This document shows positions 54,835 through 64,000 of a stretch of 64,000 bases of DNA, piece by piece; position 1 is the first letter of the stretch, and each line of letters opens with the position of its first letter. The notes beneath the pieces were generated by a model. The model made no database searches and had not been told where the DNA came from. It saw nothing but the letters and a program-made list of their open reading frames with translations. Origin of the DNA: Candidatus Latescibacterota bacterium (GTDB taxonomy: Bacteria > Latescibacterota > UBA2968 > UBA8231). The stretch is taken from contig CBDETK010000013.1 of assembly GCA_965242865.1 (NCBI GenBank), forward strand, positions 3,072,001 to 3,136,000, in the 5' to 3' direction. The position numbers and the translations under genes were made by a program.

Positions 54835-55833
54835 ATGCCCCAACTCGCGCCCCCATACCTGTTGTTCCTCGGCGACGCCGCCGACCAACTCGCCGCCAAA
54901 ACGGCCGTTGGCATCGCCCATTGGCGTCCCGAGCGATGCCTAGGTCAGCTTCGCCTTCCGGGCTGCCGCGCCGACCTCGGCCTACCCGACCAAACCCTCG
55001 CCGACGCCCGAGCCGCTGGTGCCCGCACCCTCATCATCGGCGTCGTCAATCGCGGCGGCATGGTGTCCGACCTCTGGCGCGACACCCTCTTGCAGGCCAT
55101 TGACCTCGGCTACGACCTCGCCAGTGGCCTACACACCCGCCTCAGCACCATCCCCGGCTTGGCCGACCGCGCTCGCGCAAAGGGCACTCGCCTCGTGGAT
55201 GCTCGCTTTTCCGACCGCGCTTTTCCCATTGCAACCGGCGTCAAACGCCCGGGCAAACGCCTGCTCACCGTTGGCACGGACTGCTCGGTCGGCAAGATGT
55301 TCACCGCGCTGGCCATGGAACGCGAGATGCAAGCGCGAGCCATGGCCTGCACCTTCCGCGCCACCGGCCAAACCGGCATCTTCATCGCCGGGACGGGCGT
55401 TGCGGTTGACGCCGTGGTTTCCGACTTCCTCGCCGGAGCGGTCGAGCTCCTGACCCCGGCCAACCACCCCGAGCACTGGGACCTAATCGAAGGCCAAGGC
55501 TCCCTGTTCCACGCCTCTTATGCCGGCGTGTCGCTGGGCCTTCTGCACGGTGCCCAGCCCGACGCGCTCGTCCTCTGCCACGATCCCAACCGCCCCCATC
55601 TGCGCGGCCTACCCGAATACCAACTGCCCGATCTGCTCGACTGCATTCGCCTCAACGAGCAGTGCGGTCGCCTCACCAACCCGGCCTGCCGCACCGTTGG
55701 CATTGCAGTCAACACCTCGCACTTGCCGGAAAACCGCGCTTCCGAACTGCTCGGGGCCATAGAGCGTCAAACCGGCCTGCCCGCCGTTGATCCGCTGCGC
55801 CAAGGGGCCGGGTGCTTGGTGGATGCCTTGTGA
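54835..55833 (+). CDS. dgcN: DUF1611 family D-glutamate N-acetyltransferase
   Basis: PYLLFLGDA..LAAKTA.GI..WRPE, SGLH, VGTDCSVGKM, ATGQTG, EGQGSL. Confidence 0.85.
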   Translation: MPQLAPPYLLFLGDAADQLAAKTAVGIAHWRPERCLGQLRLPGCRADLGLPDQTLADARAAGARTLIIGVVNRGGMVSDLWRDTLLQAIDLGYDLASGLHTRLSTIPGLADRARAKGTRLVDARFSDRAFPIATGVKRPGKRLLTVGTDCSVGKMFTALAMEREMQARAMACTFRATGQTGIFIAGTGVAVDAVVSDFLAGAVELLTPANHPEHWDLIEGQGSLFHASYAGVSLGLLHGAQPDALVLCHDPNRPHLRGLPEYQLPDLLDCIRLNEQCGRLTNPACRTVGIAVNTSHLPENRASELLGAIERQTGLPAVDPLRQGAGCLVDAL

Positions 55834-56810
55834 CGCGCTTTTCCGTCCGCAGTGAGAGCTTTCCCCTCGCCCAGCCCTTCGCCATCGTGCGCGGCGCCAA
55901 AACCACCGCTGTCGTCGTCGTCGTGGAACTGAGCCGCGATGGCTATGTTGGGCGCGGCGAATGCCTCCCTTATCCCCGCTACGGCGAAAGCGTGGCCGGG
56001 ACCATAAGCGCGTTAGAAGCGCTGCGACCGCAGGTGGAAGCCGGCCTCGACCAAGCGGCCTTGCAACGCGCCCTGCCGCCCGGTGCGGCCCGCAACGCCT
56101 TGGACTGTGCCCTGTGGGATCTAGAAGCCAAACTCAGCGGCCGCCCGGCTTACCAGCTAGCTGGTCTAGTCGCACCACGCCCGGTCGCGACGGCCTACAC
56201 CCTCTCGCTCGACGACCCCGCGGCCATGGGTCGGGCCGCGGCCTTGCACGCCAACCGCCCGCTGCTCAAGGTCAAACTCGCTGGTCGCGACGATCTCGAC
56301 CGCGTCGCCGCGATCCGCGCCAACGCCCCAGACGCAACCCTGATCGTCGATGCCAACGAAGGTTGGGCCGCCGACCAAGTCGAGCCGCTGTCGGCCGCAC
56401 TGGCTCGCTTGGGCGTCGCGCTCATCGAACAGCCGTTGCCCGCTGACCAAGACGCCTTGCTCGCCGAGTTTGAACACCCGGTCCCCTTCTGCGCCGACGA
56501 GTCCTGCCACACCGCCGCCGATCTCCCCGAACTGGCCTCCCGCTACGAATGCGTCAACCTCAAGCTCGACAAGACCGGCGGCTTCAGCGAGGCCCTGCGC
56601 TTGGCCGCCGAGGCGTCTGCGTGCGGATTGGACTTGATGGTCGGCTGCATGGTCGCCACCTCGCTGGCCATGGCACCGGCGGTCCTACTGGCCCAACGCG
56701 CCCGGTTCGTCGATCTCGACGGGCCTTTGCTCTTGCAAACAGATCGGGAACACGGGCTGCGCTACGAAGGCAGCCTCCTCCATCCGCCCGATCCTCAACT
56801 CTGGGGATAG
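55830..56810 (+). CDS. dgcA: N-acetyl-D-Glu racemase / dipeptide epimerase (enolase superfamily)
   Basis: GECLPYPRYGES, GAARNALDCALWDL, KVK, DANE, EQP, DES, KLDKTGG, GCM, DLDG. Confidence 0.88.
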   Translation: MTRFSVRSESFPLAQPFAIVRGAKTTAVVVVVELSRDGYVGRGECLPYPRYGESVAGTISALEALRPQVEAGLDQAALQRALPPGAARNALDCALWDLEAKLSGRPAYQLAGLVAPRPVATAYTLSLDDPAAMGRAAALHANRPLLKVKLAGRDDLDRVAAIRANAPDATLIVDANEGWAADQVEPLSAALARLGVALIEQPLPADQDALLAEFEHPVPFCADESCHTAADLPELASRYECVNLKLDKTGGFSEALRLAAEASACGLDLMVGCMVATSLAMAPAVLLAQRARFVDLDGPLLLQTDREHGLRYEGSLLHPPDPQLWG

Positions 56811-56866
56811 TCCGCACCTTGCTGGACGCAGGTCGCGATTCAGCGTATTCTTCCCATTTCAATCTG

Positions 56867-57829
56867 ATGAGCAACGCACTTCTATTGTTTGCCCGCGGGC
56901 TGGACGAGGCCGCGCTGCAACGCGCCGTCCCGCCATCCCTCTGGCCCAACCAGATCGAGCCGTTGGTATGCGGCGCGTTCTCGGTTGACTTGCCACCCGC
57001 AGTGCTAGAAGGGGCGCTAGAAATCCTGCCGTGCCTCTCCGTCGTCCACGACGGCGCGTGGGGCTATCAGTTCGCAGTGGAATGCGAAACCAAAACCGGC
57101 CAGCGCCACCGGGCTGTCCTCGATCCGGTCGGCTCGTTTCTCGGGGCCGAAGTAAGCGAGGCAACCGAGGCGGTCGAAGCGGCTATCGACCTCCTACGCA
57201 TCCGCACCCCATTGCAAGCAGCCACCCTCCACTTGCGCGTCCACGGCGTCCCCCCCGAGGCCCCGGCCTTGCTCTCGGTCTCAGTGCGCCACCAAGGCGC
57301 AGTGCCCGTTCCGACGCGCCGCGATACGGCCCTAACGGTGCCGCGGCAAAGCCAGATGGTGCTGCGGCCCGCGCTCGCTTCTCGCGTCTGCTCGCCGACC
57401 AGCGTCGCCATGGTCCTCGCTTATTACGGCCACAACGCGAACCTCTACGACGTGATCGCCGCGGCGCACCACCAGCCGAGCGGACTATACGGCGTGTGGC
57501 CGGCCAATATCCACGCCGCGGCTCGCCAAGGGCTTTTAGGCTATCTATTGCACTTTCCCTCTTGGGCCGCGGCGCATGCGCTGCTCGCCGCCGGCTTTCC
57601 CATTGTTGCCTCCGTCCGCTACGAGGCTGGCGAGTTGAGCCGGGCGGCTATTGAGCGGACGGCCGGGCATTTGCTGGTCGTGCGGGGTTGCGCCGGAGAT
57701 ACCGTGCTGGTCAACGACCCGGCCGCAGCCACCGACGCCGAGGTTGCCCGGGCGTACGACCTCGGGGAATTCTGCAAAATCTGGTTGGAGCGCAGTGCCG
57801 TGGGCTACGTGCTCTTTCCCGCGTTGTAA
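56867..57829 (+). CDS. Peptidase C39-like protein
   Basis: SQM..VCSPTS (Cys), GHLLVV (His), VNDPA (Asp). Confidence 0.8.
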   Translation: MSNALLLFARGLDEAALQRAVPPSLWPNQIEPLVCGAFSVDLPPAVLEGALEILPCLSVVHDGAWGYQFAVECETKTGQRHRAVLDPVGSFLGAEVSEATEAVEAAIDLLRIRTPLQAATLHLRVHGVPPEAPALLSVSVRHQGAVPVPTRRDTALTVPRQSQMVLRPALASRVCSPTSVAMVLAYYGHNANLYDVIAAAHHQPSGLYGVWPANIHAAARQGLLGYLLHFPSWAAAHALLAAGFPIVASVRYEAGELSRAAIERTAGHLLVVRGCAGDTVLVNDPAAATDAEVARAYDLGEFCKIWLERSAVGYVLFPAL

Positions 57830-57834
57830 TCGCC

Positions 57835-58698
57835 ATGGACAAATCGACCTTCACGTCCATCGTCTTCGGCGAGATCCTCTACGATTGCTTCCCCGATCGC
57901 ACCTGCTTGGGAGGGGCCGCCCTGAACTTTGCTTGGAACCTGCGCCAACTCGGCTTTCCCGTGGCCATGGTCAGCGCGGTGGGGCGGGACGAACTAGGGC
58001 GACGAGCGCGGGGCTTTCTCCAGCGCACCGACATCGATCTGCAATGGGTCGCCGATCGGCCCGAGCCTACGGGCACGGTCGAGGTGGCACTCAACGCTGG
58101 CCAGCCCACCTACGCCATTCGCGCCGGCGTGGCGTGGGACTACATCGAAGCGAAACCAACATTGGACCGGCCCATCGACCTGATTTACTATGGGACAGCC
58201 GCGCAGCGCAGTCCGGCCAATCGTCCGGGGCTAGCTCACTTGCTGGCGGCCAAGCCCCGGCATCGGTTTTTCGATGTCAACCTGCGCGAGGGCTGCTACA
58301 CGCCGCAGACCGTGCGCTTGGGGCTTGAAGCGGCGACTAGTGTCAAACTCAACCGCGAAGAGTGGGAGGTCGTGCGGGACTTGACCGCAGTCTCCGCGCC
58401 CGCCGACTTGCTCGCCCGCTACGCGCTGGACCGCCTCGCGATTACCTTTGGCCGCGACGGCGCTCAACTCCACGTTCCGGGGGCCTCGTTTGCCGCCCGG
58501 CCCGCGCCAGCGTCCGTCGTCGATGCGGTCGGCGCCGGCGACGCCTTTAGCGGGGTTTTGGCCGCCAGCGCCCTGCTCGGCACCAACCCGCAACAGGCCC
58601 TAGACTTAGCGTGTGCCGCCGGTGCCAGCGCGGTGCAGCACCGCGGGGCGCATTGCCCGCTACCCCAAGCCGTGAAAGCGGCGTTTGCCCTTACCTAG
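57835..58698 (+). CDS. PfkB-family carbohydrate kinase
   Basis: FGEILYD, GGAALN, DVNLR, KLN, DAVGAGDAF. Confidence 0.92.
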   Translation: MDKSTFTSIVFGEILYDCFPDRTCLGGAALNFAWNLRQLGFPVAMVSAVGRDELGRRARGFLQRTDIDLQWVADRPEPTGTVEVALNAGQPTYAIRAGVAWDYIEAKPTLDRPIDLIYYGTAAQRSPANRPGLAHLLAAKPRHRFFDVNLREGCYTPQTVRLGLEAATSVKLNREEWEVVRDLTAVSAPADLLARYALDRLAITFGRDGAQLHVPGASFAARPAPASVVDAVGAGDAFSGVLAASALLGTNPQQALDLACAAGASAVQHRGAHCPLPQAVKAAFALT

Positions 58699-58713
58699 CG
58701 AAAGGTTTTCCCC

Positions 58714-59658
58714 ATGCAGACCCCTATCCCTTTGTGCGACCCCCACTTCCACCTCTGGGACCTAGCCGAGCGGCCCAACCCCAATCTCGGGGCCGTCATG
58801 CCGGCGTACCGAGCCGCCGACTACGCCCAAGACATGCGCGAACTGCCCTCTGAGTTGCAGCGGGTCAGCGGCGTCCACGTCGAAACCGTCGTCGGCCAAG
58901 TCGCCGGCGGCGTTTCCGTCGATACCGTCGAGGAAACTCGCTGGGTGCGCGACCAGCTCGAACCGACCGCGGCCGAACAGCCCTTTGGCATGGTCGCGTA
59001 CGTGCATCTGGAGCGCGACTTGGCCGCGGCCGAGCGCACCATTGAACAACACGTAGAGGCCGCTGGGGGCCGGCTGCGCGGCGTGCGCATGATCCTCAAT
59101 CACCATCCCGACAATCCCGACCTGACTTGGCCGCAGGTCGAAGACGGCGTGTTGCAGAGCAGCCGCTTCCGCGCGGGCTTGGCCCTGTTAGAACGCCACA
59201 ACCTCGCCTTTGACCTTTCCTGCAATCCCCACCAAGTGGCCGACGCGGTCGCGGTCTTCCGCGATTTCCCGGACCTCCGCGTCGTCGCCAACCACCTCGG
59301 CTTCCTCCACGACGGCGAGGACCAAGCGCACGAGGACCTCTGGCGCGAAGGCATGGCCGCGCTGGCCGCCTTGCCCAACATCTATATGAAGCTATCTATG
59401 GCGTGGTTTGCCCGGGCCGCCTTCCACGAAGACGCGGCCAAAGAGGCCAAAATCGCCGCGGTCGTCCACGAGCTGATCGAGCACTTTGGCTGTAGCCGCT
59501 GCATGTTTGCCAGCAACTATCCCGTTGACAAACTGCGGGGCATTAGCATCGGCTACCTCTACGCCAAGTTCCTCGAGTGGAGCACCGGCTTTTCGGGCGA
59601 CGAGCGTCGGGCGCTCTTCCACGACGCGGCTCTCAGCGCTTACGGGCCGCTTGCGTAA
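58714..59658 (+). CDS. Amidohydrolase_2 family protein (sugar lactonase-like)
   Basis: DPHFHLWD, GVR, NHLG, MKLS, FASNYPVD. Confidence 0.85.
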   Translation: MQTPIPLCDPHFHLWDLAERPNPNLGAVMPAYRAADYAQDMRELPSELQRVSGVHVETVVGQVAGGVSVDTVEETRWVRDQLEPTAAEQPFGMVAYVHLERDLAAAERTIEQHVEAAGGRLRGVRMILNHHPDNPDLTWPQVEDGVLQSSRFRAGLALLERHNLAFDLSCNPHQVADAVAVFRDFPDLRVVANHLGFLHDGEDQAHEDLWREGMAALAALPNIYMKLSMAWFARAAFHEDAAKEAKIAAVVHELIEHFGCSRCMFASNYPVDKLRGISIGYLYAKFLEWSTGFSGDERRALFHDAALSAYGPLA

Positions 59659-59664
59659 TGCGCC

Positions 59665-60156
59665 ATGAACACCAACGACTATACCCACTGGCGCGACAGC
59701 ACGGGCGCGCCGCTGACGAAAAGGCCCGACCGGCTCGGCGTGGCGACCAACGGCTTTATCCGCGACAAGACCGGCAAAATCCTGCTGCAACAGCGTGCGG
59801 ACAACGGCTTTTGGGGCCTGCCCGGCGGCCAAGTTGAACTCGGCGAATCCGTCGAACAAGGCGTGGTGCGCGAAGTGTATGAGGAAACGGGCTTACAGGT
59901 ACATGTCGAGCGGCTGATTGGGGTGTACTCGGGGCTAGCAAGCTATCCGTTTATGCGCTATCCCAACGGCACCGTCGTCCACTACCTCACCGTCGTCTTT
60001 GCCTGCGACCCGGTCGCTGGCACCTTGCGGCTCTCCCCCGAAAGCACGGACCTCGGCTATTTTGCCGCCGATGCCCTGCCCGCACAGACCTTGCTCTCGC
60101 ACCGCCTCCGCATTGAGGACGCCCTGACCGGCCTAGTGTACCCGTTTATTCGCTAA
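59665..60156 (+). CDS. NUDIX hydrolase
   Basis: Nudix box GGQVELGESVEQGVVREVYEETG. Confidence 0.93.
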   Translation: MNTNDYTHWRDSTGAPLTKRPDRLGVATNGFIRDKTGKILLQQRADNGFWGLPGGQVELGESVEQGVVREVYEETGLQVHVERLIGVYSGLASYPFMRYPNGTVVHYLTVVFACDPVAGTLRLSPESTDLGYFAADALPAQTLLSHRLRIEDALTGLVYPFIR

Positions 60157-60236
60157 CCCCCTGCTGTTGACCGCACTCTGCCCAACAGCAGATATTCTTG
60201 TTCGCTCGCCCCACCCTTCACCAGAAGAGGAACGAC

Positions 60237-61214
60237 ATGATCAAAATTGCCGAAGTCCTGCCCGATCACCCCACGCCGCTGTGGCGGATGGTCAAGCAAT
60301 GCGGCGTCGACCACGTGGTCGGCGGCTTTTCCACCCCGGGCGACCCCGCCGACATCCATCCCGAGCAACGGCCTTGGAGCTACACCAACCTCGTGCGGCT
60401 GAAGACCGCGTTCAACGATGGCGGCTTCTCCCTCGACGTCATTGAGGCCCGCCCACCGCTCAACAAGGCCAAGCTCGGCCTCTCCGACCGCGACGAGGAG
60501 ATCGACTACGCCTGCGAGCTGATTCGCAACATGGGCCGGGTCGGCATTCCGGTCTGGTGCCCCGAGTGGATGCCCGTGCTCAACTGGACTCGCACCTCCA
60601 TGGCAGCACCCGGGCGCGGCGGTGCCATGGTCACCGGCTTTGACAACGAGCTAATGAAAAACGCGCCCCTGACCGACGCGGGCGTCGTCACCGAAGAACA
60701 GCTTTGGGACAATCTGCAGTACTTCCTCGAACAGGTCGTGCCGGTCGCCGAGGAAGCCGGCGTCAAACTCGCCATGCACCCGGACGACCCGCCGCTGTCG
60801 CCCCTCCGCGGCATGGGGCGGATCATGCGCAGCGTCGAAAACTACCAGAAGCTCCTCGACCTAGTGCCCAGCCCGGCCAACGGCATCTGCCTGTGCCAAG
60901 GCAACTTTACCCTAATGACCGACGACTTGCCCGAAGTCATCCGCCACTTTGGCGACCGCATCTACTTCGTCCACTTCCGCGATGTGCGCGGCACCCCCGA
61001 AAAGTTCGTCGAGACCTTCCACGACGAAGGCAAGACCGACATGCGCGCCTGCATGGAAGCCTACCGCGACATCGGCTTTGAAGGCGTCCTGCGCCCCGAC
61101 CACGTGCCGACGATGGAGGGCGACCGCAACGACAGCCCGGGCTACTCGTCGATCGGGCGCTTGTTTGCCATCGGCTATATCAAGGGGCTGCGCGAAGCCG
61201 TGTACGCGAGCTAA
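60237..61214 (+). CDS. uxuA: Mannonate dehydratase family
   Basis: WMPVLNWTRT, LWDNLQYFL, HPDDPP, FVHFRD, RPDH, AIGYIKG. Confidence 0.88.
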   Translation: MIKIAEVLPDHPTPLWRMVKQCGVDHVVGGFSTPGDPADIHPEQRPWSYTNLVRLKTAFNDGGFSLDVIEARPPLNKAKLGLSDRDEEIDYACELIRNMGRVGIPVWCPEWMPVLNWTRTSMAAPGRGGAMVTGFDNELMKNAPLTDAGVVTEEQLWDNLQYFLEQVVPVAEEAGVKLAMHPDDPPLSPLRGMGRIMRSVENYQKLLDLVPSPANGICLCQGNFTLMTDDLPEVIRHFGDRIYFVHFRDVRGTPEKFVETFHDEGKTDMRACMEAYRDIGFEGVLRPDHVPTMEGDRNDSPGYSSIGRLFAIGYIKGLREAVYAS

Positions 61215-61233
61215 ATCAGGAGGCAGTCACCGC

Positions 61234-62052
61234 GTGAAACTCTACTACAGCACTTATGGCATGAAGCAACTCGACGTCTTTGAAGCCCTGCCGCGCCTCG
61301 CGGACATGGGGTACGAGGGCATGGAAATCGCCGTCACCCCGGGCTGGCCGACCGAGCCGGCCAACATGGACGCGGCCGGGCGCAAAAGGCTCGCCGACCT
61401 CCTCCGCCAGCTCAACTTCCCAACGCCGGCCCTCATGGCTCTGCTCTCGCCCTGCGTCGAAGGCGAGGGACGCTCGGCCGCGCTGGCGCAGTTCAGGGCG
61501 ACCTTTGAACTGAGCCGGGCACTCAGGCTCGACGACCGCCCCATGGTCGTCAGCACCACCCTCGGCCATCCCAAACCCCCTTGGGCTACCGGCAAAGAGC
61601 GAATCGTCGCGCTAGTGCTCGAAGTAGCCGACCTGGCCGCCGAATACGACGTCATCGTCGCGATTGAGCCGCATGCCGGCGACGACTTTGAGACGCCGGA
61701 AAAGGCCGCTTGGCTCATGCAGCAAACCAACCACCCGCACCTCGGCCTCAACTTCGATTACAGCCACTTCTGGGTAGAGGGAATCGACTTGCAGCACTCG
61801 ATTGACCTGAACCTCCAGTACTCGGTCCACAACCACATCAAGGACGGCTATCTCGACGAGGAAGGACGGGTCCGCTATCTCCTGCCCGGCAGCGGCCAGT
61901 TGGACGTGACGGCCTACTACAAAGCCATGCAAGACGCCGGCTGGAATCAGTACCTGTGCCCAGAGGTCACCGGCCAAATATGGAACGCAGCCGGGTACGA
62001 CGCCTGGAGCACAGCGCAATTTTGCTACGACTCGCTAGACGCGGCGCGGTAG
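61234..62052 (+). CDS. Sugar phosphate isomerase/epimerase (xylose-isomerase-like TIM barrel)
   Basis: GYEGMEI, IEPH, NFDYSH, HIKD, PGSG; GTG start after GGAGG. Confidence 0.88.
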   Translation: MKLYYSTYGMKQLDVFEALPRLADMGYEGMEIAVTPGWPTEPANMDAAGRKRLADLLRQLNFPTPALMALLSPCVEGEGRSAALAQFRATFELSRALRLDDRPMVVSTTLGHPKPPWATGKERIVALVLEVADLAAEYDVIVAIEPHAGDDFETPEKAAWLMQQTNHPHLGLNFDYSHFWVEGIDLQHSIDLNLQYSVHNHIKDGYLDEEGRVRYLLPGSGQLDVTAYYKAMQDAGWNQYLCPEVTGQIWNAAGYDAWSTAQFCYDSLDAAR

Positions 62053-62125
62053 GCATGGCGCTGAGCAGCGCAGTCGCCCCTCTCGCTCGTCCCGCTTCCT
62101 CTATCCCCGTTGCCGACTTGCTGCC

Positions 62126-63118
<993 letters not shown>

Positions 63119-63134
63119 TTAGGAGGAACGCTAC

Positions 63135-64000
63135 ATGAGCAAGAAAACCATCTTTTCGACATACTTGAAAAATCTCGCTGCCGTCGCCCGGCAAGGCGAT
63201 GCACGGGAGGAGAGCTTCTACCCGGCACTGGCGGACATGCTCGCGGAAACGGCCCGCGCCGCCGGGAGGACTGACATACACGTCACCACGCTGCCCAGAC
63301 CTACCGAGGGCGGCAACCCGGATTTCCGGCTGTGGAATGGGACGGACCGGATCATCGGCTATGTCGAGGCCAAGAAGCCGACCGAAGAGCGATTGGATCT
63401 CGTCGAGGACTCCGAACAACTCCAACGCTATCTCTCGACATTTCCCAACCTCATCCTCACCAATTTTCTCGAGTTCCGCCTGTATCGCAACGGCGAGCGC
63501 GTTCAGACGGTCAGCGTTGGTCGGCCCTTGGTGCTCAACGCGCTGGGCACAACGCCGCCGCTGGAAAATCAAGCCGAACTCGCCGCCCTTCTCGACCGCT
63601 TTCTCGACTTCGCGCTGCCCTCAATGTTCACCGCCGAATCCTTCGCCGTTGAACTGGCAAAACGCACGCGCCTGCTCCGCGCCGTGATCGGCGAGCAGTT
63701 TGAGCAGGAACGGAACGCGCCCGGGATGCTCTCTGGTTTCTTTGAGGCATTTCAGACGTATCTCATCGGCTCGCTGACAACGGACGATTTCGCCGATCTG
63801 TTCGCGCAGACGATTGCCTACGGCCTCTTTGCCGCTCGCACCCGCGCTGGAGATGGCTTCAATCGGCGCGTTGCGTTCGACAATATCCCGCACACCATCG
63901 GCGTCTTGCGCGACCTGTTCCGCTACATCTCGCTCGACGACTTGCCCGCCCCACTCGCTTGGTGCGTGGATGACCTCGCCGAGGTGCTGGCCGTGGCCGA
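63135..64000 (+). CDS. Type IIG/ISP-like restriction-modification enzyme (5' part, truncated by window edge)
   Basis: Manual translation: MSKKTIFSTYL..REESFYPAL..GNPDF..GYVEAK..QLQRY..ILTNFLEF..FADLFAQTIAYGLF; AGGAGG RBS. Confidence 0.85.
   Translation, partial: MSKKTIFSTYLKNLAAVARQGDAREESFYPALADMLAETARAAGRTDIHVTTLPRPTEGGNPDFRLWNGTDRIIGYVEAKKPTEERLDLVEDSEQLQRYLSTFPNLILTNFLEFRLYRNGERVQTVSVGRPLVLNALGTTPPLENQAELAALLDRFLDFALPSMFTAESFAVELAKRTRLLRAVIGEQFEQERNAPGMLSGFFEAFQTYLIGSLTTDDFADLFAQTIAYGLFAARTRAGDGFNRRVAFDNIPHTIGVLRDLFRYISLDDLPAPLAWCVDDLAEVLAVA

Overview
A GC-rich bacterial chromosome segment (about 65% GC, estimated by eye), mostly housekeeping and envelope genes. Gene content points to the FCB superphylum, probably Latescibacterota-like; this is inference from the long SecA, PorV/UPF0164-like barrels, FlgD-Ig/T9SS-type C-terminal domains and a C-terminal TWGxLK motif. 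Core genes: S55 peptidase pair, ribD-ribE-ribBA-ribH-nusB-secA, a GT2, purC, rhaB, a sigma-70 factor, a T9SS-like envelope cluster, tgt/yajC/fmt, tRNA-Ala(GGC), mfd-ppiC-surA-S4-MTase-nrnA-argF, moaC-icd-lipB, a CIRCE-controlled groEL with no adjacent groES, dgcN-dgcA, sugar-acid catabolic genes and hemF. Accessory parts: a lower-GC barrel plus S41 peptidase islet, toxin-antitoxin remnants, a type IIG/ISP-like restriction-modification gene at the right edge, and a lower-GC island at about 50.6-54.7 kb. That island is the best candidate for an undescribed system. It encodes a roughly 1159-aa SAMD9/Avs-like protein (degenerate SIR2, STAND NTPase, helical repeats, OB fold), translationally coupled to a small protein with a HEPN-like RxxxxH motif. 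The large gene is broken by two frameshifts, one inside a perfect 38-bp palindrome. Also notable: the RibB half of ribBA has lost most catalytic residues. All family calls come from reading motifs by eye; no database searches were run.
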